From an uncultured Candidatus Saccharibacteria bacterium (GTDB taxonomy: Bacteria; Patescibacteriota; Minisyncoccia; Phycocordibacterales; GWA1-40-21): 45,978 nucleotides of DNA. Below the pieces are notes generated by a model, which saw only the letters and a list, made by a program, of their open reading frames with translations, made no database searches and was not told where the DNA came from. The stretch covers positions 30,032-76,009 of the forward strand of contig CAYZNH010000001.1 of assembly GCA_964479775.1 (NCBI GenBank). Reading direction: 5' to 3'. A program made the position numbers and the translations under genes. Each line of letters opens with the position of its first letter. The stretch's first letter is position 1. Shown in pieces: positions 1-8,307 of the stretch.

Positions 1-1
1 A

Positions 2-187
2 GTTAATGTTGATCCTAAAACTGGTGAAAAACATACTGCACACACCACAAATCCTGTTCCTTTTATTGTTACATCAAATAAATTTAAAGTTATAAAAGGA
101 GAATTATCTGATATAGCTCCAACTATATTAGCTATCCTGGGTATAAAAATTCCTAAAGGAATGAGTGGTAAAAAACTTATAAAATAG
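2..187 (+). CDS. gpmI: 2,3-bisphosphoglycerate-independent phosphoglycerate mutase, C-terminal fragment (5' end outside window)
   Basis: Frame 2 reads [25 protein letters not shown]...[27 protein letters not shown] then TAG at 185-187. This resembles the conserved iPGM C-terminus (HTxxxVPF ... APTIL). Confidence 0.65.
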   Translation, partial: VNVDPKTGEKHTAHTTNPVPFIVTSNKFKVIKGELSDIAPTILAILGIKIPKGMSGKKLIK

Positions 188-202
188 TGTATAATTCTAT
201 TC

Positions 203-664
203 ATGATTAGATTTATAATTAGATATTTTGATAGATTAGAAGATAAAGTAAGATCAAGACTTAGTCATAGATCAATGCTCTATGCTTTTATAGGAGGTTC
301 ACTTACTGTGATGTTTTGGAGAGCAATATGGCACACAGCAGATAAGCTTATGTTGGGTGGAAGTTTTTCTGATATGGTTAGTGAGGGATCTATACTTTTA
401 AAGGCTAATGGTTTTTGGGGGTTATTTTTTTATGAGCCGTTTACGTTGATATGGACAGTAGGTTTTTTACTCCTTACAGGACTTTTTGTGTCTATAATGA
501 TAGGAGACAGAATTATTCTTTCTGGTATAAAAAGGGAAAAGAGAGTTGATGAAAAGACAGAAGAGGAAATAAAAAGAGAAGAAGAAGAGATTAAAAATCT
601 CGCACAAAAGATTTCTGTTATGTCTAAAGATTTGGAAGAAATAAAACAATTACTGAAAAAATAA
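203..664 (+). CDS. hypothetical membrane protein with charged C-terminal coiled-coil tail
   Basis: 153-aa ORF with two hydrophobic segments, then a KREEEEIKNLAQK-type helix. Its stop overlaps the next ATG (TAATG at 662-666). Confidence 0.5.
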   Translation: MIRFIIRYFDRLEDKVRSRLSHRSMLYAFIGGSLTVMFWRAIWHTADKLMLGGSFSDMVSEGSILLKANGFWGLFFYEPFTLIWTVGFLLLTGLFVSIMIGDRIILSGIKREKRVDEKTEEEIKREEEEIKNLAQKISVMSKDLEEIKQLLKK

Positions 665-1581
665 TGTTTTGGAAGAAAAAGAAAATAAAAATAGCTGTTC
701 ATAGTGGTAAATTTCACGCTGATGATGTTTTTTCTGTTGCTACTTTTTGTATTTATAAGAATATTACTCCTGATAGTTTAGAAATAAAAAGAACAAGAGA
801 TGAAGAAGAAATTAAAAAAGCAGATTATGTTTTTGATGTTGGTTTTAAATATGATGGTGAAAGTAGATTTGATCATCATCAAGAAGGTTGGGCTGGTAAA
901 AGAATAGACGGTATACCATATGCGAGTTTCGGTTCTTTATGGAAAAGTTTTGGTGAAAAAATATGTGATAGTAAAGAAGTCGCAGAACATATTGATAAAA
1001 AGATTATAGAATCGCTTGATGCAGAAGATAATGGAGTAACTCTTTATAATAATATTTATGATGATGTATTTCCTTTTACTGTATCTGATTTAATTCACCA
1101 TATGAATCCAACTGATAAAGAGGGTGTAGATAAGATAGATAAGTTTTTTATTAAAGCAGTAGAATTTGCGATTACTATACTAAAAAGAGAAATAAAAAGA
1201 GCAAAAGATATTGTAGAGGTTAAACATGTTGCAAAAGTTGAAATAGAAAAGATTTATAATAGTACAGAAGACAAAAGAATATTAACTTTAGATAAAGATT
1301 TGCCTTGGAAAGATATTGTAAATAAATACGATGAGCCACTTTTTGTTATATCGAAAAATTTTTCTGATGGTGGCTGGAGAATTGACGCGGTAAAAAATAA
1401 TCCTAAGATTTTTAAAAATAGAAAAGATTTTCCAGAAAGTTGGGCTGGTAAAGAAAAAGATGAATTAGCTTTGATAAGTGGAGTAAAAGATGCTAGATTC
1501 TGTCATATAAGAAGATTTCTTTGTACAGCCAAAACTTTTGATGGTGCAATGGAGATGGCAAAAATAGCAGTTAATAATTAA
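664..1581 (+). CDS. MYG1/UPF0160 family metal-dependent hydrolase
   Basis: N-terminal IAVHSGKFHADDVFSVA and FDHHQ motifs are characteristic of the MYG1 family. Confidence 0.8.
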   Translation: MFWKKKKIKIAVHSGKFHADDVFSVATFCIYKNITPDSLEIKRTRDEEEIKKADYVFDVGFKYDGESRFDHHQEGWAGKRIDGIPYASFGSLWKSFGEKICDSKEVAEHIDKKIIESLDAEDNGVTLYNNIYDDVFPFTVSDLIHHMNPTDKEGVDKIDKFFIKAVEFAITILKREIKRAKDIVEVKHVAKVEIEKIYNSTEDKRILTLDKDLPWKDIVNKYDEPLFVISKNFSDGGWRIDAVKNNPKIFKNRKDFPESWAGKEKDELALISGVKDARFCHIRRFLCTAKTFDGAMEMAKIAVNN

Positions 1582-1590
1582 TTAAATACA

Positions 1591-2562
1591 ATGGCTTTAA
1601 TAGACGAATTAAAAATACATATAAAAGCAGGGAAAGGAGGAGATGGTGTTACAAGGTGGAGACACGAAAAAGGGATAGAATTAGCTGGTCCTGCTGGTGG
1701 AAATGGTGGAAAGGGTGGTGATGTTTATATCAGAGCCATAAGAGATATTGGTATACTTGAAAGATATAAAAATACCAAAGAGTTTTCCGCAGAGAATGGT
1801 GAAGCGGGAATGAAAAAAAGTATGCACGGAGCGAATGGGGAAGATTTGGTCATAGATTTACCCATTGGATCTATTGTGACTAATCTTGAAACCAGGGAAG
1901 TTTTTAATCTTATAGAAGATGGAAAAGAAATAAAGATTCTTAATGGTGGTAAGGGTGGACTTGGTAATGAACATTTTAAGAATTCTATAAACAGGGCACC
2001 AGAACATCAAACTGATGGTAAAGATGGTGAAGAAGCAGATTTTTATATAGAACTTGAACTTGTGGCAGATGCGGGGCTTATAGGTCTTCCAAATGCTGGA
2101 AAATCTAGTCTTATAAATGAACTTACAAATTCAAAATCAAAGATAGGAGCGTATCAATTTACTACACTCGAACCAGCGCTTGGAGATATGTACGGTTTTA
2201 TACTTGCAGATATCCCAGGTCTTATTGAAGGGGCTTCTGAAGGAAAGGGTCTCGGGCATAAGTTTCTTAGACATATTAAAAGAACAAAAGTTTTATTTCA
2301 TTGTATTTCTCTTGAGAATGAAGACGTTGTAAAAGCATATAAAGTTATAAGAAAAGAACTTAAAGATTATAGTGAGGAATTAGCAAATAAAAAAGAAGTC
2401 GTCATTTTAACAAAAACAGATTTAGTTGATGAAAAGGCTTTAAATTCTGTGATTAAAAAAATACAGAAATTAAATGATAAAGTTTTTAGTGTTACGGTAT
2501 ATGATAATAATTCAGTTAAGGAATTAAAAGATTATTTAATAAAAGTTTTAAGAGAAGAATAA
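1591..2562 (+). CDS. obg: GTPase Obg/CgtA
   Basis: Glycine-rich Obg fold (KAGKGGDGVTRWRHEK...GGNGGKGGDV), then G1 GLPNAGKSS, G3 DIPG and G4 TKTD. Confidence 0.9.
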   Translation: MALIDELKIHIKAGKGGDGVTRWRHEKGIELAGPAGGNGGKGGDVYIRAIRDIGILERYKNTKEFSAENGEAGMKKSMHGANGEDLVIDLPIGSIVTNLETREVFNLIEDGKEIKILNGGKGGLGNEHFKNSINRAPEHQTDGKDGEEADFYIELELVADAGLIGLPNAGKSSLINELTNSKSKIGAYQFTTLEPALGDMYGFILADIPGLIEGASEGKGLGHKFLRHIKRTKVLFHCISLENEDVVKAYKVIRKELKDYSEELANKKEVVILTKTDLVDEKALNSVIKKIQKLNDKVFSVTVYDNNSVKELKDYLIKVLREE

Positions 2563-2563
2563 A

Positions 2564-2597
2564 TAAAAAAGAAGTTCCTAACAGAACTTCTTTTTTT
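2564..2597 (+). terminator. rho-independent terminator after obg
   Basis: Stem GAAGTTC (2571-2577) / GAACTTC (2584-2590), loop CTAACA, followed by T7. Confidence 0.75.
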
Positions 2598-2623
2598 GAT
2601 TATTTATGATAACATACTGACAT

Positions 2624-4042
2624 ATGGAAAAAGAGTGTAAATACAAGACAACTATTGGATTAGAGATTCATGCTGAACTGAAGACAAATACAAAGATGTT
2701 TTGTTCTTGTAAAAATAATCCAGACGAAGAAAAACCAAATGTAAATATATGTTCTGTTTGTACTGCTCAACCAGGAACCCTTCCAGTACTTAATAAAGAA
2801 GCGATTAAACATGTCATAAGAGTCGGGCTTTCTTGTGGATCAACGATTGCAAATTTTACAGAATGGGATAGGAAAAATTATTTTTATCCAGATATACCCA
2901 AGGGGTATCAGATAAGTCAGTATAAATACCCGATAGTTTCTGGTGGATATCTAAAAGGGGTTAGACTTACTAGAATTCATTTGGAAGAGGATACTGCAAA
3001 ATCTTCACATGATCAGGGAGATTTTTCTCTTGTTGATTTTAATCGTTCGGGCGTGCCACTTATGGAGCTTGTTACTGAGCCGGTTATTCATACAGCCAAA
3101 GATGCTTCAGATTTTGCAAAAGAATTACAATTACTTTTACAATATTTAGGTGCAGGGGATGCAAATATGGATAAAGGAGAGATGAGGGTTGAAGCTAATA
3201 TTTCTATTAGTGATTGTGAAGATAGACTTGGTACAAAAGTTGAAGTTAAAAACCTGAATTCTTTTAGAGCTGTTGAGAGAGCTATTGCTTATGAGATAGA
3301 AAGACATATAGAAGTTTTGGAAAAAGGAGAAAAAATTATTCAGGAGACTCGTGGTTGGGATGAGGGTAAACAAAAAACTTTTTCTCAAAGAATAAAAGAA
3401 GATTCTCATGATTATAGATATTTTCCAGATCCAGATTTACCCAAGATGATGATATCTGAAGTTTTTGATTTAAAAGAAATAGAAAAAGGATTACCAGAAC
3501 TTCCATGGAACAAAAGAGATAGATATATAAAAAGTTTGGGTATAAAAGATCAGGATGCTGAGAGTTTTGTATCAAATATTGAGTTGGGAGATTTTTTTGA
3601 GAAAGTAATATCTAATTTTTTTGATAATAAAGATTTGATAAAAACTGCTTCAAATTATATTTCTTCCGATCTTGTTGGTTTAATGACCAAAGAATTAATA
3701 CAAAGTTTTCCAGATAGTAATAAATTTGCAAAATTAATTTTAATGGTTGGTAAAGGCGAATTATCTTCAAGGGCTGCAAAGGATTTGTTATTAAGAATGA
3801 TTAAAGAAAATATTGATCCAGAAGAAATTGCTAAAAAAGAAGGTTTATTACAACAAAACGATGAGGGTTCTTTGAGGGTGATAATTGAAAAACTAATTAT
3901 TGATAATCCAAAAGTAATGGCTGATTATAGATCTGGAAAGGAAGCTTCTTTACAGTTTTTTATCGGTCAGACAATAAAAGCTACAAAGGGTTCCGCAAAT
4001 CCACAAACTATTAAGAAAGTTCTTTTAGATTTACTCAAATAA
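2624..4042 (+). CDS. gatB: Asp-tRNA(Asn)/Glu-tRNA(Gln) amidotransferase subunit B
   Basis: TIGLEIHAELKTNTKMFCSC, RIHLEEDTAKS, and a C-terminal YqeY-like tail (QFFIGQTIKATKGSANP). Confidence 0.9.
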   Translation: MEKECKYKTTIGLEIHAELKTNTKMFCSCKNNPDEEKPNVNICSVCTAQPGTLPVLNKEAIKHVIRVGLSCGSTIANFTEWDRKNYFYPDIPKGYQISQYKYPIVSGGYLKGVRLTRIHLEEDTAKSSHDQGDFSLVDFNRSGVPLMELVTEPVIHTAKDASDFAKELQLLLQYLGAGDANMDKGEMRVEANISISDCEDRLGTKVEVKNLNSFRAVERAIAYEIERHIEVLEKGEKIIQETRGWDEGKQKTFSQRIKEDSHDYRYFPDPDLPKMMISEVFDLKEIEKGLPELPWNKRDRYIKSLGIKDQDAESFVSNIELGDFFEKVISNFFDNKDLIKTASNYISSDLVGLMTKELIQSFPDSNKFAKLILMVGKGELSSRAAKDLLLRMIKENIDPEEIAKKEGLLQQNDEGSLRVIIEKLIIDNPKVMADYRSGKEASLQFFIGQTIKATKGSANPQTIKKVLLDLLK

Positions 4043-4078
4043 TTTTTATTGCTTATTAATAAGTGGTATAATTAACCT

Positions 4079-4600
4079 ATGAAAGAAATTGGAATTATAA
4101 GTCACAAGCCTAAAATATTTATCGGTACCGATCATGCGGGTTTTGTTATAAAAGAAAATTTAATTCCATATATAAAAAAATTAGGTTATGAGGTTGTAGA
4201 TTTTGGTAATTTTAAATATGATGATACGGATGATTACATAGATTTTATTACTCCGGTTGCAAGAACTGTAGCTTTAAATCCAGAAGGCTCAAAAGGTATA
4301 ATTTTGGGTGGCTCTGGTCAAGGAGAAGCTATTGTGGCAAATCGTTTTCCTAATGTTCGGGCTGTTGTTTATTATGGAGAGGCTGGTTTTTTTCAAACTG
4401 ATATTATTAAACTTAGTAGGGAGCACAATGATTCAAATGTTCTTTCTTTAGGAGCTAGGTTTATAGATGTAGATACAGCGAAAAAAGTTGTAAAAAAATG
4501 GTTAGAAACAAAGTTTACAGGTGAGGAAAGACACTCAAGAAGGATTAAAAAAATCGAAGCAGTGTCTAGAGAAATTAAAAATAATATAGAATTTAAATAA
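4079..4600 (+). CDS. rpiB: ribose-5-phosphate isomerase B (RpiB/LacAB family)
   Basis: IFIGTDHAGFVIKENLIPYIKKLGYEVVDFG and GILLGGSGQGEAIVANR-type motifs. Extended -10 TGgTATAAT at 4064-4072 lies 6 nt from the ATG. Confidence 0.85.
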   Translation: MKEIGIISHKPKIFIGTDHAGFVIKENLIPYIKKLGYEVVDFGNFKYDDTDDYIDFITPVARTVALNPEGSKGIILGGSGQGEAIVANRFPNVRAVVYYGEAGFFQTDIIKLSREHNDSNVLSLGARFIDVDTAKKVVKKWLETKFTGEERHSRRIKKIEAVSREIKNNIEFK

Positions 4601-4604
4601 AAAA

Positions 4605-5333
4605 ATGACTGAGATAATCCCTGCAATAATACCAGAATCTTTTGAAGATTTAAAAGATAAGATGGCTTTCGTCAATGGACTTACTCATATGGTTCAGATA
4701 GATGTTTGTGATGGTGTTTTTGTTCCTTCTAAAAGTTGGCCTTATGTTGGTGATCATGAAAATGATTTTGATAAAATTATAAATGAGTCTGATGGTTTTC
4801 CTTTTTGGCAAACCTTAGATTTTGAGGTTGACTTAATGGTTAAAAATCCAGAGAAAGTTTTTGAAGATTGGGTTAGAGCGGGTGCAAAGAGAATTATTTT
4901 ACATGTCGAATCATCTTTAAAGTTATTTGATTTTGTAAAAGATATAAAAAATAAATACGGGTATTATGGAGAATCTGCTGTTAGTATAGAGGTTGGTATC
5001 TCATTAAATATAAAGACTCCCAATGAAGTAATTTTTGATTTTCTTAAACCAAATGAGAGCGGTAGGTCTCTAGTTGATTTCGTTCAATTTATGGGGATTA
5101 GAGACATTGGTTTTCAAGGTCAATATTTTGATGAAAGGGTTCTGGGAAAGATAAGAGAACTTAGACAAGAATTTCCAGATACCATAATTAGTGTTGATGG
5201 TGGTGTAAATTTTGATAATGTAACAGAATTAGTAAAAGCCGGAGTAAACAGACTTGTATCTGGATCTGCATTATATGAAAGTGAAGATATTGGAGAAGCC
5301 ATAAATGAGATGAAAAATATTAATTTAAAGTAA
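4605..5333 (+). CDS. rpe: ribulose-phosphate 3-epimerase family protein
   Basis: QIDVCDGVFVP and C-terminal ISVDGGVN...AGVNRLVSGSALY resemble Rpe TIM-barrel motifs. Sits next to rpiB. Confidence 0.65.
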   Translation: MTEIIPAIIPESFEDLKDKMAFVNGLTHMVQIDVCDGVFVPSKSWPYVGDHENDFDKIINESDGFPFWQTLDFEVDLMVKNPEKVFEDWVRAGAKRIILHVESSLKLFDFVKDIKNKYGYYGESAVSIEVGISLNIKTPNEVIFDFLKPNESGRSLVDFVQFMGIRDIGFQGQYFDERVLGKIRELRQEFPDTIISVDGGVNFDNVTELVKAGVNRLVSGSALYESEDIGEAINEMKNINLK

Positions 5334-5343
5334 TTTTGTTTTT

Positions 5344-5559
5344 ATGCAGAAAGGTATATATAAACATTATAAAGGTAATTTTTATCGAGTGATAGGTGAA
5401 GGAAAGCATTCTGAGACTTTAGAGGATTTGGTTTTTTATGAAGCTTTGTATAATAATCCAGTATCAAGATTTTGGATGAGACCTTTAAAAATGTTTAATG
5501 ATGAAATCGATACATTAGATGGAAAGAAGAAAAGATTTATTTTTATAAGAGAAGAATAA
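5344..5559 (+). CDS. DUF1653-like small protein
   Basis: YKHYKGNFYRVIGEGKHSETLEDLVFYEALY...RFWMRPLKMF is the pattern I recognise as DUF1653. Confidence 0.55.
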   Translation: MQKGIYKHYKGNFYRVIGEGKHSETLEDLVFYEALYNNPVSRFWMRPLKMFNDEIDTLDGKKKRFIFIREE

Positions 5560-5568
5560 TATAAAAAA

Positions 5569-6453
5569 ATGTTTTTTACAAAAAAGAAAAAGGGTTTAAG
5601 ACAATATATAAAAGAAGCAGAAGAAAAAGGTGTTGCTATAGGTCATTTTAATATTTCAAACCTTGAAACATTGAGAGGTATTTTTGACGCCGCGAAGAAA
5701 CTTGATTTACCGGTTATTATAGGAACAGCGGAAGGTGAAAGAAAATTTATAGGGACAAAACAAGCAGTTGCTCTCGTAAAAAGTTTGAGGGATGAATATG
5801 ATTATCCAATATTTCTAAATGCGGACCATACTTATTCTGTAGAAGGTGTAAAAGAATGTATAGATGCTGGTTATGATGCTGTAATATTTGATGGAACAGG
5901 TTTATCTCATGAGGAGAATATTAAAATTACAAAACAATGTGTAGATTATGCTAGAAGTATTAATCCAGAAATTATAGTTGAAGCTGAGCTCGGTTTTATC
6001 GGCACTTCTTCAAAAGTTTTAGATAAAATTCCTGAAGGTGTAAAAATAACTGAAGAATATTTAACTAAACCAGAAGACGCAAAAAAATTTATTGAAGATA
6101 CTGGTATAGACATGATTGCTCCTGCTGTTGGTAATATTCATGGAATGCTTAAGGGTGGGGTAGACCCAGCTTTAAATATTAAGTTAATAGGGGAAATACA
6201 AAAAGTGATAAATATTCCGATGGTACTTCATGGTGCTTCGGGAAATTCTACAAATGATATAAAAGAAGCTATAAAAAATGGAATGTCAGTTGTTCATGTT
6301 AATACTGAGATTCGCGTGTCTTTCAAAAAGGCACTTGAAGAATCATTAAAATCTAAACCAGATGAGGTTGCTCCATATAAGTATATGGACAAATGTATAG
6401 AGTCTGTGGAAGCTGTTGTTAAAGAAAAACTTAAGATTTTTAACTTTCTTTAG
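5569..6453 (+). CDS. fba: class II fructose-bisphosphate aldolase
   Basis: AIGHFNISNLE, LNADHT, and VLHGASG...HVNTE are class II aldolase zinc and substrate motifs. Confidence 0.85.
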   Translation: MFFTKKKKGLRQYIKEAEEKGVAIGHFNISNLETLRGIFDAAKKLDLPVIIGTAEGERKFIGTKQAVALVKSLRDEYDYPIFLNADHTYSVEGVKECIDAGYDAVIFDGTGLSHEENIKITKQCVDYARSINPEIIVEAELGFIGTSSKVLDKIPEGVKITEEYLTKPEDAKKFIEDTGIDMIAPAVGNIHGMLKGGVDPALNIKLIGEIQKVINIPMVLHGASGNSTNDIKEAIKNGMSVVHVNTEIRVSFKKALEESLKSKPDEVAPYKYMDKCIESVEAVVKEKLKIFNFL

Positions 6454-6541
6454 GTTATAGGTCCTAGTTTTTAGTTATTAGTAGAATAATGCCTTAAAAT
6501 AAGGTTTATTTTGCTTGTATTTTGACAAGATACAAAAAACC

Positions 6542-6570
6542 TTGACAAATACCCCAAAAGGTGTATTATT
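6542..6570 (+). promoter_or_regulatory. sigma70-type promoter of GC-rich cassette 1
   Basis: TTGACA 6542-6547, 16-nt spacer, TATTAT 6564-6569 preceded by TG. A second TTGACAA copy lies 20 nt upstream at 6522-6528. Confidence 0.6.
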
Positions 6571-6576
6571 ATATAT

Positions 6577-6726
6577 AAGATAGTTCTTTGAGTGAATCAA
6601 GAAGTTCGCCACATTTTTTAGTGGATTTACCATATAAATCAATTGAATTGATTTCGGGCAAGCAAAAGTCTATTGAAAACTGTGGCGAACTGTAGTAACC
6701 ACACAGAAAGAAACAAAAAAGAAAGG
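6577..6726 (+). promoter_or_regulatory. about 150-nt structured 5' leader of cassette 1
   Basis: 10-bp long-range stem GTTCGCCACA (6604-6613) / TGTGGCGAAC (6681-6690) encloses the hairpin AAATCAA-TTGAA-TTGATTT. The block CTGTGGCGAACTGTAGTA resembles the cassette 2 leader. Confidence 0.45.
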
Positions 6727-7416
6727 ATGATAATAGTGAACACACTAATTACATCTGGTCAGAAGGAATCGGTTATTCGAGTCGTTGTGGACGCAGTGCG
6801 AAAGGGAATGGACGCGGTGATCAATGAACTCTCCGCTTCTGGAACCATTAACACGGCGAATCTTCAGCGAGTGCTCGCACAAGGTGATGCTTTGGCGGGT
6901 CATCTGATTGCCGAAGCGAAAGCTAAGATGACCGAGCTCGCCGAACAAGTCGTCGGCTACCTCAAACTCATCTCTGGCTCCGAAATCATCACAATCGGCG
7001 AGACCTATGGCAAAAGCACCATTGCTCATGCCAAGGACACCTTTCCTGGATACATTGACTCAGATTTCCTGAACTATGGAACGGATGTCCAAGGTCAGCC
7101 GACCAAGGAAATACCTGTACAGGTGTTTGAGATGATCAAGAATGGTAACTTCGCTCAGATATTCGGTGGCTTCGGTGAAAACCTCGACCGTCTGTGTCTG
7201 ACACAGAGTCAAATCATCCGTTTTGTGAAGGATCACACCAAGTGGCTTCGCACAGATGGTTATGGAACCTTCTTCTTGTTCAAGGAAAACGGCGAGTTTT
7301 TCGTCGCTGGCGTGAGCTGGAGCGAGGGTAGGCTCAGGGTGGATGCTAGTCGTCTGTCGGACGACGGCGTTTGGAATGCCTGGTTCCGCCATCGGGTTGT
7401 GGTTCCGCAACTGTGA
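6727..7416 (+). CDS. hypothetical protein, GC-rich cassette 1 (distant paralogue of 28639-29298)
   Basis: The ORF track starts at TTG 6673. ATG 6727 (MIIVNTL...), preceded by AAAGGA, is the more likely start. Hand count gives 33/60 GC in 6781-6840 versus 20/60 in the neighbouring fba (6301-6360). I recognise no family. Confidence 0.6.
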   Translation: MIIVNTLITSGQKESVIRVVVDAVRKGMDAVINELSASGTINTANLQRVLAQGDALAGHLIAEAKAKMTELAEQVVGYLKLISGSEIITIGETYGKSTIAHAKDTFPGYIDSDFLNYGTDVQGQPTKEIPVQVFEMIKNGNFAQIFGGFGENLDRLCLTQSQIIRFVKDHTKWLRTDGYGTFFLFKENGEFFVAGVSWSEGRLRVDASRLSDDGVWNAWFRHRVVVPQL

Positions 7417-7418
7417 CA

Positions 7419-7470
7419 CTTTGTCACTTTGTTCTTTGTCTCTTTGAGACTTAGACACTTTGACCCTTTG
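7419..7470 (+). repeat. six CTTTG motifs at 7-8 nt (once 16 nt) spacing in the cassette 1 3' UTR
   Basis: CTTTG at 7419, 7427, 7434, 7442, 7458 and 7466, starting immediately after the TGA stop (7414-7416). Confidence 0.7.
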
Positions 7471-7509
7471 GTATCTTGCGTATGCAAGCTCTACCGAAGG
7501 GTCATTTTT
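7463..7509 (+). terminator. rho-independent terminator of cassette 1
   Basis: GACCCTTTGG (7463-7472) pairs with CCGAAGGGTC (7494-7503). Inner hairpin CTTGC-GTAT-GCAAG, then ATTTTT. Confidence 0.75.
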
Positions 7510-7541
7510 AATATAAAATTTGTTATTTTTTATAAAAAGAC

Positions 7542-7569
7542 TTGCTTTTTTGCTTAAAATATATATAAT
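7542..7569 (+). promoter_or_regulatory. promoter of ctc/rplY
   Basis: TTGCTT 7542-7547, 16-nt spacer, TATAAT 7564-7569. The ATG at 7579 is only 9 nt downstream and there is no SD. Confidence 0.55.
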
Positions 7570-7578
7570 ACTTTCACT

Positions 7579-8232
7579 ATGCTTACATTAAAAGTAGAAA
7601 AAAGAGATCCGAAGGCCAGCTTATCTGATATAAGAAAAGAAGGTAAAATGCCAGCGGTTTTTTATGGTAAAAAGGAGGAATCTACTCCAATAATGCTTTC
7701 TTATGCTGTTTTTGAAAAAACCTTAAAAGAAGCCGGAGAATCTACAATTATAAATTTAAATGGTGATGGTATAGATGTCGATGTTCTTATACATGAAATC
7801 GATTCTGATCCAGTTACAGATAAACCAAGACATGCAGACTTTTATGCTATAGAAAAAGGAAAGAAAATAGAAATAGATGTTCCTTTGGAATTCGTTGGTG
7901 TCGCTCCTGCTGTAAAAATCCTTGGTGGTGTATTAGTTAAAGTTATGCATGAAATTAAGATTGAAGCTTTACCTAAAGATTTACCTCAAAAGATTGAAGT
8001 TGATATATCAGTATTAAACACCTTTGAAGATGTTGTTACTGCTAAAGATTTAAAATTACCTAATGGAGTTGAGATTAAAGAAAAAGAAGATGAAGTTATT
8101 GTTTCAGTATATGAACCAAAAGATGAAGTCGTAGAAGCAGTGCCAGTTGATTTATCAACGATAGAAGTTCAGAAGAAAGGAAAGGAGGCTAAGGAAGGAG
8201 AAGCGACAGAAGGAACTGAAGAAAAGAAATAA
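7579..8232 (+). CDS. rplY: 50S ribosomal protein L25 / general stress protein Ctc (long form)
   Basis: LKVEKRD...IRKEGKMPAVFYGK N-terminus, a beta-barrel body and an acidic/lysine-rich tail. Confidence 0.85.
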   Translation: MLTLKVEKRDPKASLSDIRKEGKMPAVFYGKKEESTPIMLSYAVFEKTLKEAGESTIINLNGDGIDVDVLIHEIDSDPVTDKPRHADFYAIEKGKKIEIDVPLEFVGVAPAVKILGGVLVKVMHEIKIEALPKDLPQKIEVDISVLNTFEDVVTAKDLKLPNGVEIKEKEDEVIVSVYEPKDEVVEAVPVDLSTIEVQKKGKEAKEGEATEGTEEKK

Positions 8233-8284
8233 AAATAAATACAGAAAAAACTGCCTTTCGGCAGTTTTTTCTGTATTTATTTTT
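8233..8284 (+). terminator. long-stem terminator after rplY
   Basis: ACAGAAAAAACTGCC (8241-8255), loop TTTC, GGCAGTTTTTTCTGT (8260-8274), extended by flanking A/T runs. Confidence 0.8.
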
Positions 8285-8307
8285 ATTTTATAGTAGAATT
8301 GATATAA

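Noticed and set aside
6673-6726. TTG start at 6673 for cassette 1, as given by the ORF track
   Set aside because: The first 18 codons run through the predicted leader stem. ATG 6727, just after AAAGGA, is a more plausible start, though GTG 6736 cannot be excluded.
6745-7487. Minus-strand ORFs 6745-7029, 7060-7458 and 7260-7487 opposite cassette 1
   Set aside because: Same shadow-ORF effect in GC-rich sequence. There are no expression signals on that strand.
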